Shown: positions 39,055 through 52,943 of the stretch, piece by piece
Layout of the letters: every line of letters begins with the position of its first letter
Numbering within the stretch: position 1 is the stretch's first letter
Source of the DNA: an uncultured Chloroflexia bacterium
GTDB taxonomy: Bacteria; Chloroflexota; Ktedonobacteria; Ktedonobacterales; JADMIN01
Assembly (NCBI GenBank): GCA_963701795.1
Contig: CAVPBB010000020.1
Span: 71,727-135,726 of the forward strand
Reading direction: 5' to 3'
DNA: 64,000 nucleotides
Notes under the pieces: generated by a model
What the model was told of the DNA's origin: nothing
The model's database searches: none
Seen by the model: only the letters and a program-made list of their open reading frames with translations
Program-made: the position numbers and the translations under genes

Positions 39055-39083
39055 TTGTCGTATACGTATACGTATGTTATAGT
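39055..39083 (+). promoter_or_regulatory. candidate promoter of the ABC exporter operon with a 14-bp perfect palindrome
   Basis: TTGTCG, a 17-nt spacer, then TATAGT. The spacer contains CGTATACGTATACG (39059-39072). It shares the GTCGTATA half-site with the padR promoter. Confidence 0.45.
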
Positions 39084-39215
39084 CGCTACGACGCATCGCC
39101 AGCGCGCAGGCAGCTACACCAACCACGACCACCCCTGGCGCCGACGCACAGGCGCTACGCTGATTCTTTGCCTGGTGGGTTCGACTCGCCAGTTCATCAG
39201 AAAGGGAGATGTTCG

Positions 39216-40238
39216 ATGTCCATCCAGCCAGCCACGCCGCACGGCGCGGCCACCGCCGCCATCGCGCGGCCAGCCGTCGAGGCCGAGGGCCTCGCCAAGA
39301 CCTATCCCGGTGGCGTCCATGCGCTCAAGGGCGTCAGCTTCAGCGTCACACCTGGCTCTGTGTTCGCGCTGCTCGGCCCGAACGGCGCGGGCAAGTCAAC
39401 GATTGTGAAGATCCTCACGACGCTCTCGCGGCCCAGCGCCGGGCGCGCCAGCGTCGTAGGGCGCGATGTCGTGCGCGAGCCGGAGCGCGTGCGCCGCGTG
39501 ATTGGCGTCGTGGCGCAGAAATCGGCGGTGGACCTGGAGGCCACGGCTATCGAGAATCTGACGTTGCAGGGCCAGCTCTATGGCCTCTCCGGCGGTGAGC
39601 TACGGCGGCGCGTCGCTGGCCTGCTCGAACGCTTCGGCCTCGCGGAGGCGCGCAATCGTATCGCACGCACGCTCTCCGGCGGCATGCAGCGCAAGCTCGA
39701 TGTGGCGATGGGCCTCATCCACCAGCCTGAGGTGTTGTTTCTGGATGAGCCAACGACCGGCCTGGACCCAGAGGCGCGTGCGGACATGTGGCGCGAGATT
39801 GCGCGCCTGGCGCGTGAGGATGGGCTGACCGTCGTGCTCACGACACACTACCTGGAGGAGGCCGACCACCTGGCGCAGCGTATCGCCATCATTGACCACG
39901 GCCAGATCGTCGTCACCGGGACGCCCGAGGAGCTGAAAGCGGAGTTGCGCGGCGACGCGATTCAGGTGGAACTTACCGACGCCCTCCCCGAGGCCGACAT
40001 CCGCGCGGCGCTCAGCGACCTGGATGACACGCTCCGCGAGGTCGTCATCGAGGGCCGCAGCCTGCGGGCGCGCGTGGACAGCGGCGCCAGCGCGCTCCCC
40101 ACGGTGCTCGCCGCGCTCGATGCCGCTGGCGCCCACGCCGCTAGCGCGACCGTCGCCCGGCCATCGCTGGACGATGTGTATCTGCGCTATACCGGGCGCG
40201 CCTACTCTGACGCCACCAATAAGGAGGCCATCCGATGA
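39216..40238 (+). CDS. ABC transporter ATP-binding protein (DrrA-like)
   Basis: Walker A is GPNGAGKST, the signature is LSGGMQRKL and Walker B is VLFLDEPTTGLD. AAGGGAG RBS before the ATG at 39216. Confidence 0.9.
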   Translation: MSIQPATPHGAATAAIARPAVEAEGLAKTYPGGVHALKGVSFSVTPGSVFALLGPNGAGKSTIVKILTTLSRPSAGRASVVGRDVVREPERVRRVIGVVAQKSAVDLEATAIENLTLQGQLYGLSGGELRRRVAGLLERFGLAEARNRIARTLSGGMQRKLDVAMGLIHQPEVLFLDEPTTGLDPEARADMWREIARLAREDGLTVVLTTHYLEEADHLAQRIAIIDHGQIVVTGTPEELKAELRGDAIQVELTDALPEADIRAALSDLDDTLREVVIEGRSLRARVDSGASALPTVLAALDAAGAHAASATVARPSLDDVYLRYTGRAYSDATNKEAIR

Positions 40239-41011
40239 CCGTCGCGCTCGCCAATTCTGCGCAGATCACCACGCGCTACCTGCGCGCGTTTCTGCGCCAG
40301 CCGAGCTATGTCGCGTTCACACTCGTGCAGCCGGTCATCTGGCTGTTCCTCTTCGGCCAGCTTTTCAAGCGTATCGTCGAAATCCCCGGTTTCACGGGCG
40401 CCTCCTACATCGCCTTCCTGACGCCGGGTGTCGTCGTCATGTCGGCGCTGTTCTCCACCGGATGGAGCGGCATGGGCTACGTCGTCGATATGGAGCGCGG
40501 CGTGATGGATCGCTTCCTCGTCTCGCCCGTGCGTCGTGGCGCGCTGATCGGCGGCGAGCTGATCTACCAGGCTGGCATGACGCTGCTGCAATCGCTGATT
40601 ATCCTGGGGCTGGGCTTCCTTGCGGGAGCGCGCTTCAACGGCGGAGTTGTCAGCATCGTCGTCTTCCTCGTGAGCGTGATGCTGCTGGGAACGGCGTTCG
40701 CTTCGTACTCCAACGCCCTCGCCCTCATCCTGCGCACCCAGAACGCGGTGATCGGCGCGGTGAATTTCGTCGTGCTGCCGCTGACGTTCGTGTCCTCCAC
40801 CTTCATGCCGGTGAATCTCATGCCGCAGTGGATGCAGACGGTGGCCAGGTACAATCCCGTCACCTGGGCCGTGGAGATTGGCCGCCAAACGCTCAGCAGC
40901 AGCGTCGATTGGTCGGTGGTGGGCGTGCGCCTGGCTGCGCTGCTGGCGCTGACGCTCATCTGCGCCTGGCTCTCCACCCGCGCGTTCCGCTCCTATCAGC
41001 GCTCGGTGTGA
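40235..41011 (+). CDS. ABC-2 type transporter permease (DrrB-like)
   Basis: The start overlaps the ATPase stop (ATGA). It has six hydrophobic helices and an ABC-2 pattern (FLTPGVVVMSALFST...). Confidence 0.85.
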   Translation: MTVALANSAQITTRYLRAFLRQPSYVAFTLVQPVIWLFLFGQLFKRIVEIPGFTGASYIAFLTPGVVVMSALFSTGWSGMGYVVDMERGVMDRFLVSPVRRGALIGGELIYQAGMTLLQSLIILGLGFLAGARFNGGVVSIVVFLVSVMLLGTAFASYSNALALILRTQNAVIGAVNFVVLPLTFVSSTFMPVNLMPQWMQTVARYNPVTWAVEIGRQTLSSSVDWSVVGVRLAALLALTLICAWLSTRAFRSYQRSV

Positions 41012-41061
41012 GCCGCGCGACACAGGCAGCGCAGGGATGTCGCAGCGTGTCAGCTACTCAT

Positions 41062-41105
41062 GAGCGCGTCGGCGGCGGCCAGAGATGGCAATCGCCGACG
41101 CGCTC
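41062..41105. terminator. 13-bp perfect-stem hairpin between convergent genes (possible bidirectional terminator)
   Basis: GAGCGCGTCGGCG, an 18-nt loop, then CGCCGACGCGCTC. There is no U tract, so the function is uncertain. Confidence 0.3.
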
Positions 41106-41151
41106 AGCGCCAGGCGGATTCCGGAACCGCTCGCAGTGGGTGATAACGGGT

Positions 41152-43824
41152 TCACAGGCTCGTCGCGGGGTCAACATCCACGGCCCAGCCAGGGGTCAGC
41201 GCGTCGGGGGCGAGCGCGCGCAGCGCCTGCAACGGGTCTGGCCCGCGCACGATGATCTGCCAGCGGTAGCGCCCGCGCAGCCGCTCCATGAAGGCGGGCG
41301 CCGGGCCGACGAGATCGGTATCGCGCAGGCGCTGGGTGTGGATGACACGCTCCAGCGCTTCGGCCAGCGCCATCGCCTCGATCTGCGCGCTATAGCGGTC
41401 ATGATGTTCGTAGACCAGCTTCACCAGCCGCCGAAACGGCGGATAGCCATATTGTCGCCGCACGCTCAGCTCCACGCTGGAGAAGCTGGCGTAGTCGTGT
41501 TGCGCGGCGGCCTGGATGCAGAAATGCTCCGGGTTGAACGTCTGCACGATGACACGCCCCGGCGCCGCGCCGCGTCCCGCGCGCCCCGCCACCTGTGTGA
41601 GCAACTGGAAGGAACGCTCCGACGCGCGGAAGTCGGGCAGGGTCAGCGCGACATCGGCGGAGACGACGCCCACCAGGGTGACGGCTGGCAGATCGAGGCC
41701 CTTCGCGATCATCTGCGTGCCAACCAGCAGATCGGCGCGGCGCTCGGCGAAGGCGCGCAACAAGTCTTCGTGGGCCTGGCGCGTGCGCGCGGTGTCGCGA
41801 TCCCAGCGCAGCGTGCGCGCCGCCGGAAACATCCGCTTCAGCGTCGTCTCGACGCGCTCGGCGCCCAGCCCGAAGTAGCGGATGCTGGCGCTCCAGCAGA
41901 GCGGACACTGGCGCGGCGGCGTCTCGCGTCTGCCGCAGTAATGGCAGATCAGCGCATCCTCGCCCGCGTGGAAGGTCAGCGAGACATCGCACTGGCGACA
42001 GCGCGCTATGTAGCCACACTCGCGACAGATGACGCTGGTGGCGAAGCCGCGCCGGTTGAGGAAGAGAATCGCCTGCTCGCCGCGCGCCAGCGTCTCCACG
42101 AGCGCCGTGCGCAGCGTCTCGCTGAGGATGCTGGTGTTGCCCTCGCGTAGCTCCGCGCGCAGGTCTACCACCGTCACGGGCGGCAGGCCCGGCGCCAGCC
42201 CCGGCGCGCTGGCTGGCTCCGCTCGCTGGCTGGCTTGCGCAGCGGCGGCGCCCACGCGCTCACTCATCTCGATCAGCCGCCAGACGCCCGCCCGCGCCCG
42301 CTCGAATGACTCCATCGAAGGCGTGGCGCTGCCCAGCACGACCGTGGCGCCGGTCTGCGCCGCCAGGCGTGTCGCCACATCGCGCGCATGGTAGCTGGGC
42401 GTGCGCTCCTGCTTGTACGCCGCCTCATGCTCCTCATCCAGAATGATGAGGCCGAGATTGGCGAGCGGCGCAAAGAGCGCCGAGCGCGACCCCAGCACGA
42501 CATCTACCTCGCCCGCGCGGATGCGCCGCCACTCGCTCAGGCGCTCCGCGGGAGTCAGCTCGCTGTGCAGCAGCGCCACGCGCCCAGGGAAGCGTCCCGC
42601 GTAGCGCGCCATCGCCTGCGGAGTCAGCGCAATCTCTGGCACGAGCGCCAGCCCGCGCTGCCCACGCGCGATGATGGTCGCCAGCGCCTGAAGGTAGACC
42701 TCCGTCTTGCCGCTGCCCGTGACGCCATGCAGCAGGCAGACCCGCGCGCCCGCGTCATCCAGCGGCCCCGCCGGGTCGAGAATCGCAGCGAGCGCGTGGC
42801 GCTGCGTCGCGGTCAGCGTCAGCGGCGTTGTCGGGGCGATCACCTGCCCCGCCAGCGGATCATGTCGCGCCTCAACCCGCTCGACCGCGATCAATCCAGC
42901 CGCAACCAGCTCGGCAAGCAGGGCGGGGGTGGCGCGTGTCAGCCGCAGCAAATCCTCCACGCGCCACGGACGCGCCGACTGCTCCAGCACATCGAGCGCG
43001 CCAAGTTGGCGCAGCAGACGCTCGCTCTCGCGATCTGGCGCGCCCAGTGTGGCGGCGGCCAGCGGCGACTGATTGCGCGCTCGCCGCGCCGTCGGCGGCT
43101 GCGCGACGATCAGCGCATCCAGCCGCTCGCGCGCCGCCACGCGCCACGCCTCCACCTGCGCATGTGGAGCGACCAGCCGCGCCATGCGCTCGCGCCTCGG
43201 CTGGAGCGCCGAGGCGGGCAACTCGGTGGTCAGGCGCGCCAGTCGCCGCTCTACCAGCGCATGCGTCACAGCCCGCGCCCGCTCCGCGCCCAGCGCCTCC
43301 ACCAGCCGCTCGCGCTCCAGCAGACCCTCATCACGCAGCAGCGCCAGCGCCAGCGCGGCATCGGCTGATAGCGCTGCGGCTGTGCCCTCCGTCATGGCCG
43401 CTTCGGTTGGGCGCAGCGCGCTACGCGCGCTGGAGACCAACCCCGGCGGCAGGAACATGCGCGCGACTGCGCCCAGCGGCGCCCAGTAATACGCGGCGAT
43501 CCATTCGGCGAGGGCGCGCTGACTCTCGGAGAGCAGCGGTTCGGGGGCCAGCAGCGTCGTGATCTCGCGCAGCCTGACGCCGCCTGCAACGCCGCTCGTG
43601 TCGTCGTTCGTGTCGTCGCTCGTCGCGCCAGTCTCCGCGCTGGCGTCGTCGCTGGCGTCGAGCGACCAGATAATCCCTGGCAGGGCGCGCTCACCAAAAG
43701 GCGCGGAGACGAGGCAGCCCGCCTGCGCTTCACGCGCCAGCGCCACGCTGAGGCGGTAGCTGTAGAGGTCGCGTGGGCGTCGTGTGCGCCGCGCTCCCTG
43801 GAGCATGACCACCTCGACCCGCAT
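41152..43824 (-). CDS. priA: primosomal protein N' (replication restart helicase PriA)
   Basis: Walker A is LLHGVTGSGKTEVY and the DEAH-type box is LIILDEEHE. The Cys-rich zinc region is CRECGYIARCRQCDVSLTFHAGEDALICHYCGRRETPPRQCPLC. AGGAGG RBS before the ATG at 43824. Confidence 0.9.
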   Translation of the reverse strand: MRVEVVMLQGARRTRRPRDLYSYRLSVALAREAQAGCLVSAPFGERALPGIIWSLDASDDASAETGATSDDTNDDTSGVAGGVRLREITTLLAPEPLLSESQRALAEWIAAYYWAPLGAVARMFLPPGLVSSARSALRPTEAAMTEGTAAALSADAALALALLRDEGLLERERLVEALGAERARAVTHALVERRLARLTTELPASALQPRRERMARLVAPHAQVEAWRVAARERLDALIVAQPPTARRARNQSPLAAATLGAPDRESERLLRQLGALDVLEQSARPWRVEDLLRLTRATPALLAELVAAGLIAVERVEARHDPLAGQVIAPTTPLTLTATQRHALAAILDPAGPLDDAGARVCLLHGVTGSGKTEVYLQALATIIARGQRGLALVPEIALTPQAMARYAGRFPGRVALLHSELTPAERLSEWRRIRAGEVDVVLGSRSALFAPLANLGLIILDEEHEAAYKQERTPSYHARDVATRLAAQTGATVVLGSATPSMESFERARAGVWRLIEMSERVGAAAAQASQRAEPASAPGLAPGLPPVTVVDLRAELREGNTSILSETLRTALVETLARGEQAILFLNRRGFATSVICRECGYIARCRQCDVSLTFHAGEDALICHYCGRRETPPRQCPLCWSASIRYFGLGAERVETTLKRMFPAARTLRWDRDTARTRQAHEDLLRAFAERRADLLVGTQMIAKGLDLPAVTLVGVVSADVALTLPDFRASERSFQLLTQVAGRAGRGAAPGRVIVQTFNPEHFCIQAAAQHDYASFSSVELSVRRQYGYPPFRRLVKLVYEHHDRYSAQIEAMALAEALERVIHTQRLRDTDLVGPAPAFMERLRGRYRWQIIVRGPDPLQALRALAPDALTPGWAVDVDPATSL

Positions 43825-43904
43825 GCGCGCCTCCTGAGATCGGGGCGCCTTCACGAGCGAGCCAGATGCCGCGGCGCCCCCTGCTACTCTACCACCTGGG
43901 ATGA

Positions 43905-44930
43905 TTAGCGATTCACGGCGGGGAGCCAGGGATCAGTGGGCGCGTCGTCGAGCGCGGCGCTCTCGGCGGACAGCGCGGTCGGCGCGACCTCGGCAACAGG
44001 CGCGTCTGGCTGGCGCACACGGCGCATCGGCCACGGCGGCGTATGGGCGATGCGGGCAAGCGCTCCCGTCAGGTCGAGCGCGCTCGGCTGATAGCCCGCG
44101 CAGAGGGCGGCGATCTGCGCGCCGATGACGATGAACATACCGTAGGCGTAGAAGAAAACGAGCGCGACCAGCGCGAAGCCCGCGATGGTTCCAAAGTGAT
44201 TGGGGTAGAGCACATAGCGCACATACAGGGGGAAGATCAGTATGTAGCCCTGGCTGAGCGTCGCGGCGACCAGCGCGCCGGGCCAGGCCGCGCGCAGCGA
44301 GACAAAGCCCGGCGTGAGGCAGGTGTAGGCGATCAGCAAGAGGATGAAATTCGCCGCAAGCCCGGCCAGCAAGGCTATCCATGGCTCGAAGGGCGCCCCG
44401 CCAAGGGCGTCGGGGTCTATCAGCCAGACACGCAGACTGGTGGGGGAGAAGCCGATATGTGGGGTCGCCGTGGCGGAGAGCACGATCACCGGCATCAGCG
44501 CGACAAAGAGCAGCAGCATCAGCAGCGCGGCGCGGTTCTGCGCCAGAAAGCGTCGCTTGGGTCGGCGGAAGATGACACAGAGCACGCTCTCCAGCACGGC
44601 GAAGAAGCGCGAGCCATACCAGATGGCCACCGGCAGGCCGAGCGCCAGCACGATGATGGGAGCCGTGCGCAGGCTCTGCGCGAAGGCGTTGACCGCGTTC
44701 GCCTCCACCCTGTCGGGCAGAAAGTGGAGCAGGTAGAGGATAACGCTCTGCTCGGCATGCGGTGTCGTCAGGCGCAGAAACAGCGCCAGCAGGACGAGCT
44801 GCAATCCGACGATAGCGAAGAGTGACTCCAGCAGGGTAAACGCGAGCAGGCGCCCCAGATTCCAGCCCCAGTCGTGGTCAAACTTGTTCCAGAATCGCCA
44901 TGCCATACGTCCAGCCCTTTTTTGTGTCAT
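43905..44930 (-). CDS. YihY/BrkB (ribonuclease BN-like) family membrane protein
   Basis: RFWNKFDHDWGWNLGRLLAFTLLESLFAIVGL is followed by six helices typical of YihY. The ORF extension to 45158 runs through repeat copy D and is rejected. Confidence 0.8.
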   Translation of the reverse strand: MTQKRAGRMAWRFWNKFDHDWGWNLGRLLAFTLLESLFAIVGLQLVLLALFLRLTTPHAEQSVILYLLHFLPDRVEANAVNAFAQSLRTAPIIVLALGLPVAIWYGSRFFAVLESVLCVIFRRPKRRFLAQNRAALLMLLLFVALMPVIVLSATATPHIGFSPTSLRVWLIDPDALGGAPFEPWIALLAGLAANFILLLIAYTCLTPGFVSLRAAWPGALVAATLSQGYILIFPLYVRYVLYPNHFGTIAGFALVALVFFYAYGMFIVIGAQIAALCAGYQPSALDLTGALARIAHTPPWPMRRVRQPDAPVAEVAPTALSAESAALDDAPTDPWLPAVNR

Positions 44931-45016
44931 CGCCCAGGAGACAATGCCCCCGTTTCGCATGATAGCATAACGGCTGAGCTGGCGCGATAGACAATGGTGG
45001 CGCAGCTTCCACCCAA

Positions 45017-45216
45017 AACCGAGGGTTGGCCTGGGAGCGGGCTGGCGGTTGAAACCGCGCCTCAGGGCGACTGCGGTCGCCACGAGACCCGCCTGCGCGG
45101 GTCCTCCACCGCCCGGTTCCCAGCCTGCGGAGGCAGGCTTCGCGGCCCGCAGGCCCATAGGCGCGGTTTCAACCGCCAGCGACCTGACCCCCGGTTTTTG
45201 GTGGAACCGTTGGCGC
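45017..45216. repeat. mosaic hairpin repeat element, copy D (complete, nested inverted repeats)
   Basis: The outer IR is ttccacccaaaaccgaggg / cccccggtttttggtggaa. The inner perfect 21-bp IR is ctggcggttgaaaccgcgcct (45052-45072) / aggcgcggtttcaaccgccag (45169-45189). Internal hairpins are GGCGACtgcgGTCGCC, GACCCGCctgcGCGGGTC and AGCCTGCggagGCAGGCT. The element is flanked by the 12-bp direct repeat TGGCGCAGCTTC (45008-45019, 45221-45232). Confidence 0.75.
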
Positions 45217-45267
45217 AGCTTCTCCGCAGATTCTCAGCGAATTCACCAGATTGCGAGGCCATAGCGG

Positions 45268-46413
45268 ATGTCACTGGGCGCTCCATCGCTGACGAGCGAG
45301 ACGCTGCGCGCGGTCGGCCTCGACGCCGACGCGGTGATGGCGGTCGAGCCGCTGCTGGATGGCCTCTCTGGCGCTGAGCTGGCGCGTGTCCGGCTCTGCG
45401 CGCCAGCGGGCGACTGGCCCGGCGCGCCGTGCGGCATGCGCAGCCGCGTGGTGAAGCGCATCGTGGCCGAGACAGGCTGGCTGGGCGCGGCCACTCACGA
45501 CACACGGCTGCGCGAGGCGGCGCTCTGGCGCGCGGGCCTGCCGCAGTGGCTTCCCCGGCGCATCGCCCTGGCGGTGGAGCAGGTGGCGTTCGCTGCGCCA
45601 GCCGACGCGCCAGCCAGCGCGACGTTGCTGATGCGCGATGAACGCGCCCATCTGATGCGCCGTCCCTACCGCGCGCCAGCGGGGCGCCTGCCTGGCGAGA
45701 TCGTGACGTTGCTCGACGCGCTGGCGGCGCTGCATGCGCGCTTCTGGCAGGCGGCGCTGCTCGACGATGCGGCGCTGGGGCTGACTTCGCCGCGCGATAC
45801 GCTGCTCTGGCTCAGCCCGGCGGTGGTGGCGCAGCGGATCATGGTGGGCGATTCGCAGCCCTACCTGCGGCTGGCGCTGGCTGGCTGGGAGGCATTCTTC
45901 CAGCTGATCGCGCCGGAGGATGCGGCGACGCTGCGCGGCGTCTTCGCGCAACCAGAGGCGGCGCTGCGAGCGATCGAGGCGCTGCCGCGCACGCTGATCC
46001 ACGGCGATGTCTGGGGGCCAAACATCGGCTGGCTGCCACCGACGCGCCACAGTCCACGCCTGGGCCGTCGCCTGCTGCTGCTCGACTGGGCGCTCGCCGC
46101 CGCCGCGCCCGCTCCCTACGATGTCCTCTCGCTCTGCGGCGCGTGGCATACGCTGCGCCCGACGACGCTGCTGGCAGTCTATCGCGCCCGACTGACGCGG
46201 CGGCTGGCGGCGCGCGGCGTCCATCTGACACCGCGCCAGTGGCAGGGGCTGGCCGACGCGGCGTATCTGCGCACGACGCTGACTGGCGGCGAGGCCTGGG
46301 CGCGGGCAGTCGCGCAGGCGCCGTCCGCGCTGGCGCGACGACGGGCGCTGACGCGGCTAACCTGGTGGGCGCGGCGTGGCGCGTGGGCGGCGCGCCGCCT
46401 GACGGCTACGTGA
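45268..46413 (+). CDS. phosphotransferase (APH/choline-kinase-like) family protein
   Basis: LIHGDVWGPNIGW ... LLLLDWALAAAAPAPYDV corresponds to the catalytic HxDxxxxN and DW/DF motifs of the APH-like kinase fold. The substrate is unknown. Confidence 0.6.
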   Translation: MSLGAPSLTSETLRAVGLDADAVMAVEPLLDGLSGAELARVRLCAPAGDWPGAPCGMRSRVVKRIVAETGWLGAATHDTRLREAALWRAGLPQWLPRRIALAVEQVAFAAPADAPASATLLMRDERAHLMRRPYRAPAGRLPGEIVTLLDALAALHARFWQAALLDDAALGLTSPRDTLLWLSPAVVAQRIMVGDSQPYLRLALAGWEAFFQLIAPEDAATLRGVFAQPEAALRAIEALPRTLIHGDVWGPNIGWLPPTRHSPRLGRRLLLLDWALAAAAPAPYDVLSLCGAWHTLRPTTLLAVYRARLTRRLAARGVHLTPRQWQGLADAAYLRTTLTGGEAWARAVAQAPSALARRRALTRLTWWARRGAWAARRLTAT

Positions 46414-46432
46414 TGCGCTGAGGCTTGCCTGT

Positions 46433-47650
46433 TCAGCGCGTAGCGTCCAGCACCTCCAGCGCCTGCTGGGCCTCGGCGCGCACGGATGGCTCGGCGTCGC
46501 TGGCAAGGGTCGCGGTGAGGGCCGCGCGCGCCTCTGGGCCACCGAGGCGCCCCAGCGCCCAGGCGGCGTGCCCGCGCACCAGCGGCTCCGCATCGCCCAG
46601 CGCCTCGATCAGCGCGGGGATGGCGACCGGGTCGCCGATGTTGCCCAGCGCGATGCAAACGTTACGCAGCAGGCCGCGCCGCTTCGCCCGCTTGATGGGG
46701 CTGTGGCTGAAGCGCTGGCGGAAGCCCTCGTCATCGAGCTTGAGCAGCGGAATCAGCTCTGGGCTGGAGCCAACCAGTGGCCGTGGGCGAAACTCCAGCC
46801 GGTCGCCCGCGCCAAGCCGTCCGCTGGCGCGCAGTCGCCGCTCGGCCACCAGATTCACCGGGCAGACCTGCTGGCAGATGTCGCAGCCAAAGATGTGCGC
46901 GCCGATCAGTGGGCGCAGCTCCAGCGGGATGGCGCCGCGATGCTCGATGGTGAGATAGGAGATGCAGCGGCGCGCGTCGAGCACGTAGGGTGCGACGAAG
47001 GCGTTGGTCGGGCAGGCGTGCAGGCAGACCTCACACTGGCCACAGTTGGCGGCCAGCGGAGAGTCGGGCGCGAGATCGAGGCTGGTGACGAGTTCCGCGA
47101 GGAAGACCCACGACCCCCAGCCCTTCGTCAGGATGTTGGTGTTCTTGCCATACCAGCCGAGGCCCGCGCGCTGCGCTACCGCCCGATCGACCATGCGCCC
47201 CGTGTCGCAGAAGACGATGCTCTTCTCGTCGCCAGGTGGCGCCAGCTCGCGCACGAAGGTCGCCAGAGCGTCGAGCTTGCGCCGGATGGCTTCATGATAG
47301 TCATCGCCCCAGGCATAGCACGAGACACGCCCGTGCGGCTCACCTGGCGCGCTGAGGTCGCGGGGCGCTTCGGTGAGATAGAAGACGCCCAGCGCCACGA
47401 CTGAACGCGCTGCTGGCAGCAGCGCCTGCGGATCGCTCGATACCTCGGCGCGCTCTGGGGTCAGCCAGTCCATCCCCTCGAAGAAGCCCGCCGCGATGCG
47501 CGTCTTCAGCGATTGCTCCGCGCGCGGCAGTGGCTCGGCGCTGGTGACGCGCACGAGGTCGAATCCCAGGGCATAGGCGCGCTCACGCACCTGCTCGGCG
47601 AGTGTTTCGCGGGGCAGCGCCTGCCCCTCGATCTCGGATACGTCCATCAA
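46433..47650 (-). CDS. queG: tRNA epoxyqueuosine(34) reductase
   Basis: GWYGKNTNILT is present, with two 4Fe-4S motifs (CGQCEVCLHACPTNAF; CDICQQVCPVN) and C-terminal HEAT-like repeats (ALIEALGDAEPLVRGHAAWALGRLG). Confidence 0.9.
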   Translation of the reverse strand: MMDVSEIEGQALPRETLAEQVRERAYALGFDLVRVTSAEPLPRAEQSLKTRIAAGFFEGMDWLTPERAEVSSDPQALLPAARSVVALGVFYLTEAPRDLSAPGEPHGRVSCYAWGDDYHEAIRRKLDALATFVRELAPPGDEKSIVFCDTGRMVDRAVAQRAGLGWYGKNTNILTKGWGSWVFLAELVTSLDLAPDSPLAANCGQCEVCLHACPTNAFVAPYVLDARRCISYLTIEHRGAIPLELRPLIGAHIFGCDICQQVCPVNLVAERRLRASGRLGAGDRLEFRPRPLVGSSPELIPLLKLDDEGFRQRFSHSPIKRAKRRGLLRNVCIALGNIGDPVAIPALIEALGDAEPLVRGHAAWALGRLGGPEARAALTATLASDAEPSVRAEAQQALEVLDATR

Positions 47651-48056
47651 GTTCTCTTACGCGATACGCCATCGCCAGGCGAAGACTCGTGGCTCTGGCA
47701 GGCTAGCGACATAGACCAGGTCGTCATCAGACCATTGAATCACAATAGCGCACGCGCCAGCAGCTGTTCCTCGACCTGGGCCGGGGGTTCCGTCCTTGAG
47801 CAGGATGAGCGGAAGGGTCTCATCGAGAGGAGGGGCGCCAGCGAGAACAGAGGTCCTGCGCGCATGGCTGTCGGTACTAGGCCAATTGCGGCCTGGCGTC
47901 GGCGCTCTCTATACTGAATGCAGTGTAAGCGCCTTTGCCTGGCGAGCGATACGGCGCAGTGTCGCGCGGCTCACGGCCAGCGGTCGGCCAGCGGTCGGCC
48001 AGCGACCTGCCCGCGACCAGATGACACGGCCAGATGAGACAGAAAGCAGGGCTGCC

Positions 48057-48665
48057 ATGGCGGATGCACAGCGGCGCGCTGAGTTGGCCACACGCATCGA
48101 GCAGCGTCGCCAGGAGCTGGGGGAGCGCGCCGATGTCAGCGTGCGCCTGCGCGAACTCTCGGCCTCGGGCAGTCGCTTTCCTGCGCCAGCCGCGCGTGGG
48201 CGCCGCTCGACGCTCACCACCGTCATCATCACCGCTATCGCCGGTGTGGGGCTGCTCCTGATCGCCGCCGTGGCTGCCATTGTCATCGCCAGCGGTGTCT
48301 GGGTGCAGTCGCAACTCAGTTCGCCCTCCACCACGGTCGAAGACTTCTACTCCGCTGTCCATCAGCAAGACTACCCGACCGCGTATGGCAAGTTCTCGGA
48401 CCAGGCGCAGAGCACGCTCAGCGAGACGAAGTTTGAGCAGACGATGCGTGCGACCGATCTGATCTCTGGCAGTGTGGAGTCGTATTCGGTCGTCTCCGCC
48501 ACCACCAACGGCGCGACGGCCACGGTGATCGTCGATGTCGTGCGCCGTGGCGACACGACGACGGCGCAGGTCTTCCAGTTGACGCTGACGCAGCAGCAGC
48601 AATCCTGGCGCATCGCGGCCATTCGTCAGACCGGCGACACCGCCGCGCCAACGCCATCAAACTGA
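48057..48665 (+). CDS. hypothetical membrane-anchored protein with a small NTF2/DUF4878-like domain
   Basis: MADAQRRAELATRIEQRR... is followed by the TM helix VIITAIAGVGLLLIAAVAAIVIA and then TVEDFYSAVHQQDYPTAYGKFS...TAQVFQLTLTQQQQSWRIAAI. The longer ORF start at 47796 looks non-coding. Confidence 0.5.
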   Translation: MADAQRRAELATRIEQRRQELGERADVSVRLRELSASGSRFPAPAARGRRSTLTTVIITAIAGVGLLLIAAVAAIVIASGVWVQSQLSSPSTTVEDFYSAVHQQDYPTAYGKFSDQAQSTLSETKFEQTMRATDLISGSVESYSVVSATTNGATATVIVDVVRRGDTTTAQVFQLTLTQQQQSWRIAAIRQTGDTAAPTPSN

Positions 48666-48818
48666 CCATCGCGCAGGCGCCGCACACCCGCGTCGTGCGC
48701 CTGCGCGAAGTGTGCGCCCATTGGCAAGCGCACGATGAAGCGTCAATCCGCAGCCTTTCTGGCCTCAGGGGGTCCTATTCGCCTGCAAATGGGGTCAAAA
48801 TTGTGCTATTATAAGTAG

Positions 48819-52943
<4,125 letters not shown>

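Noticed and set aside
39170-39200. tRNA-like GGTTCGACTCG string upstream of the ABC ATPase gene
   Set aside because: The flanking bases do not form a T stem (GGTGG vs TCGCC) or an acceptor stem, so there is no cloverleaf.
40024-42150. 708-aa plus-strand ORF across the ABC permease, the intergenic hairpin and priA
   Set aside because: It is in a different frame from the well-supported ABC-2 permease and antisense to priA. The composition is Arg/Ala/Pro-rich.
44931-45158. N-terminal extensions of the yihY ORF (and likewise of cls up to 37899) reading through repeat elements
   Set aside because: The extensions translate the hairpin repeats (…VATAVALRRGFNRQP…) and lack RBS support. Internal ATGs at 44930 and 37656 give proteins of canonical length.
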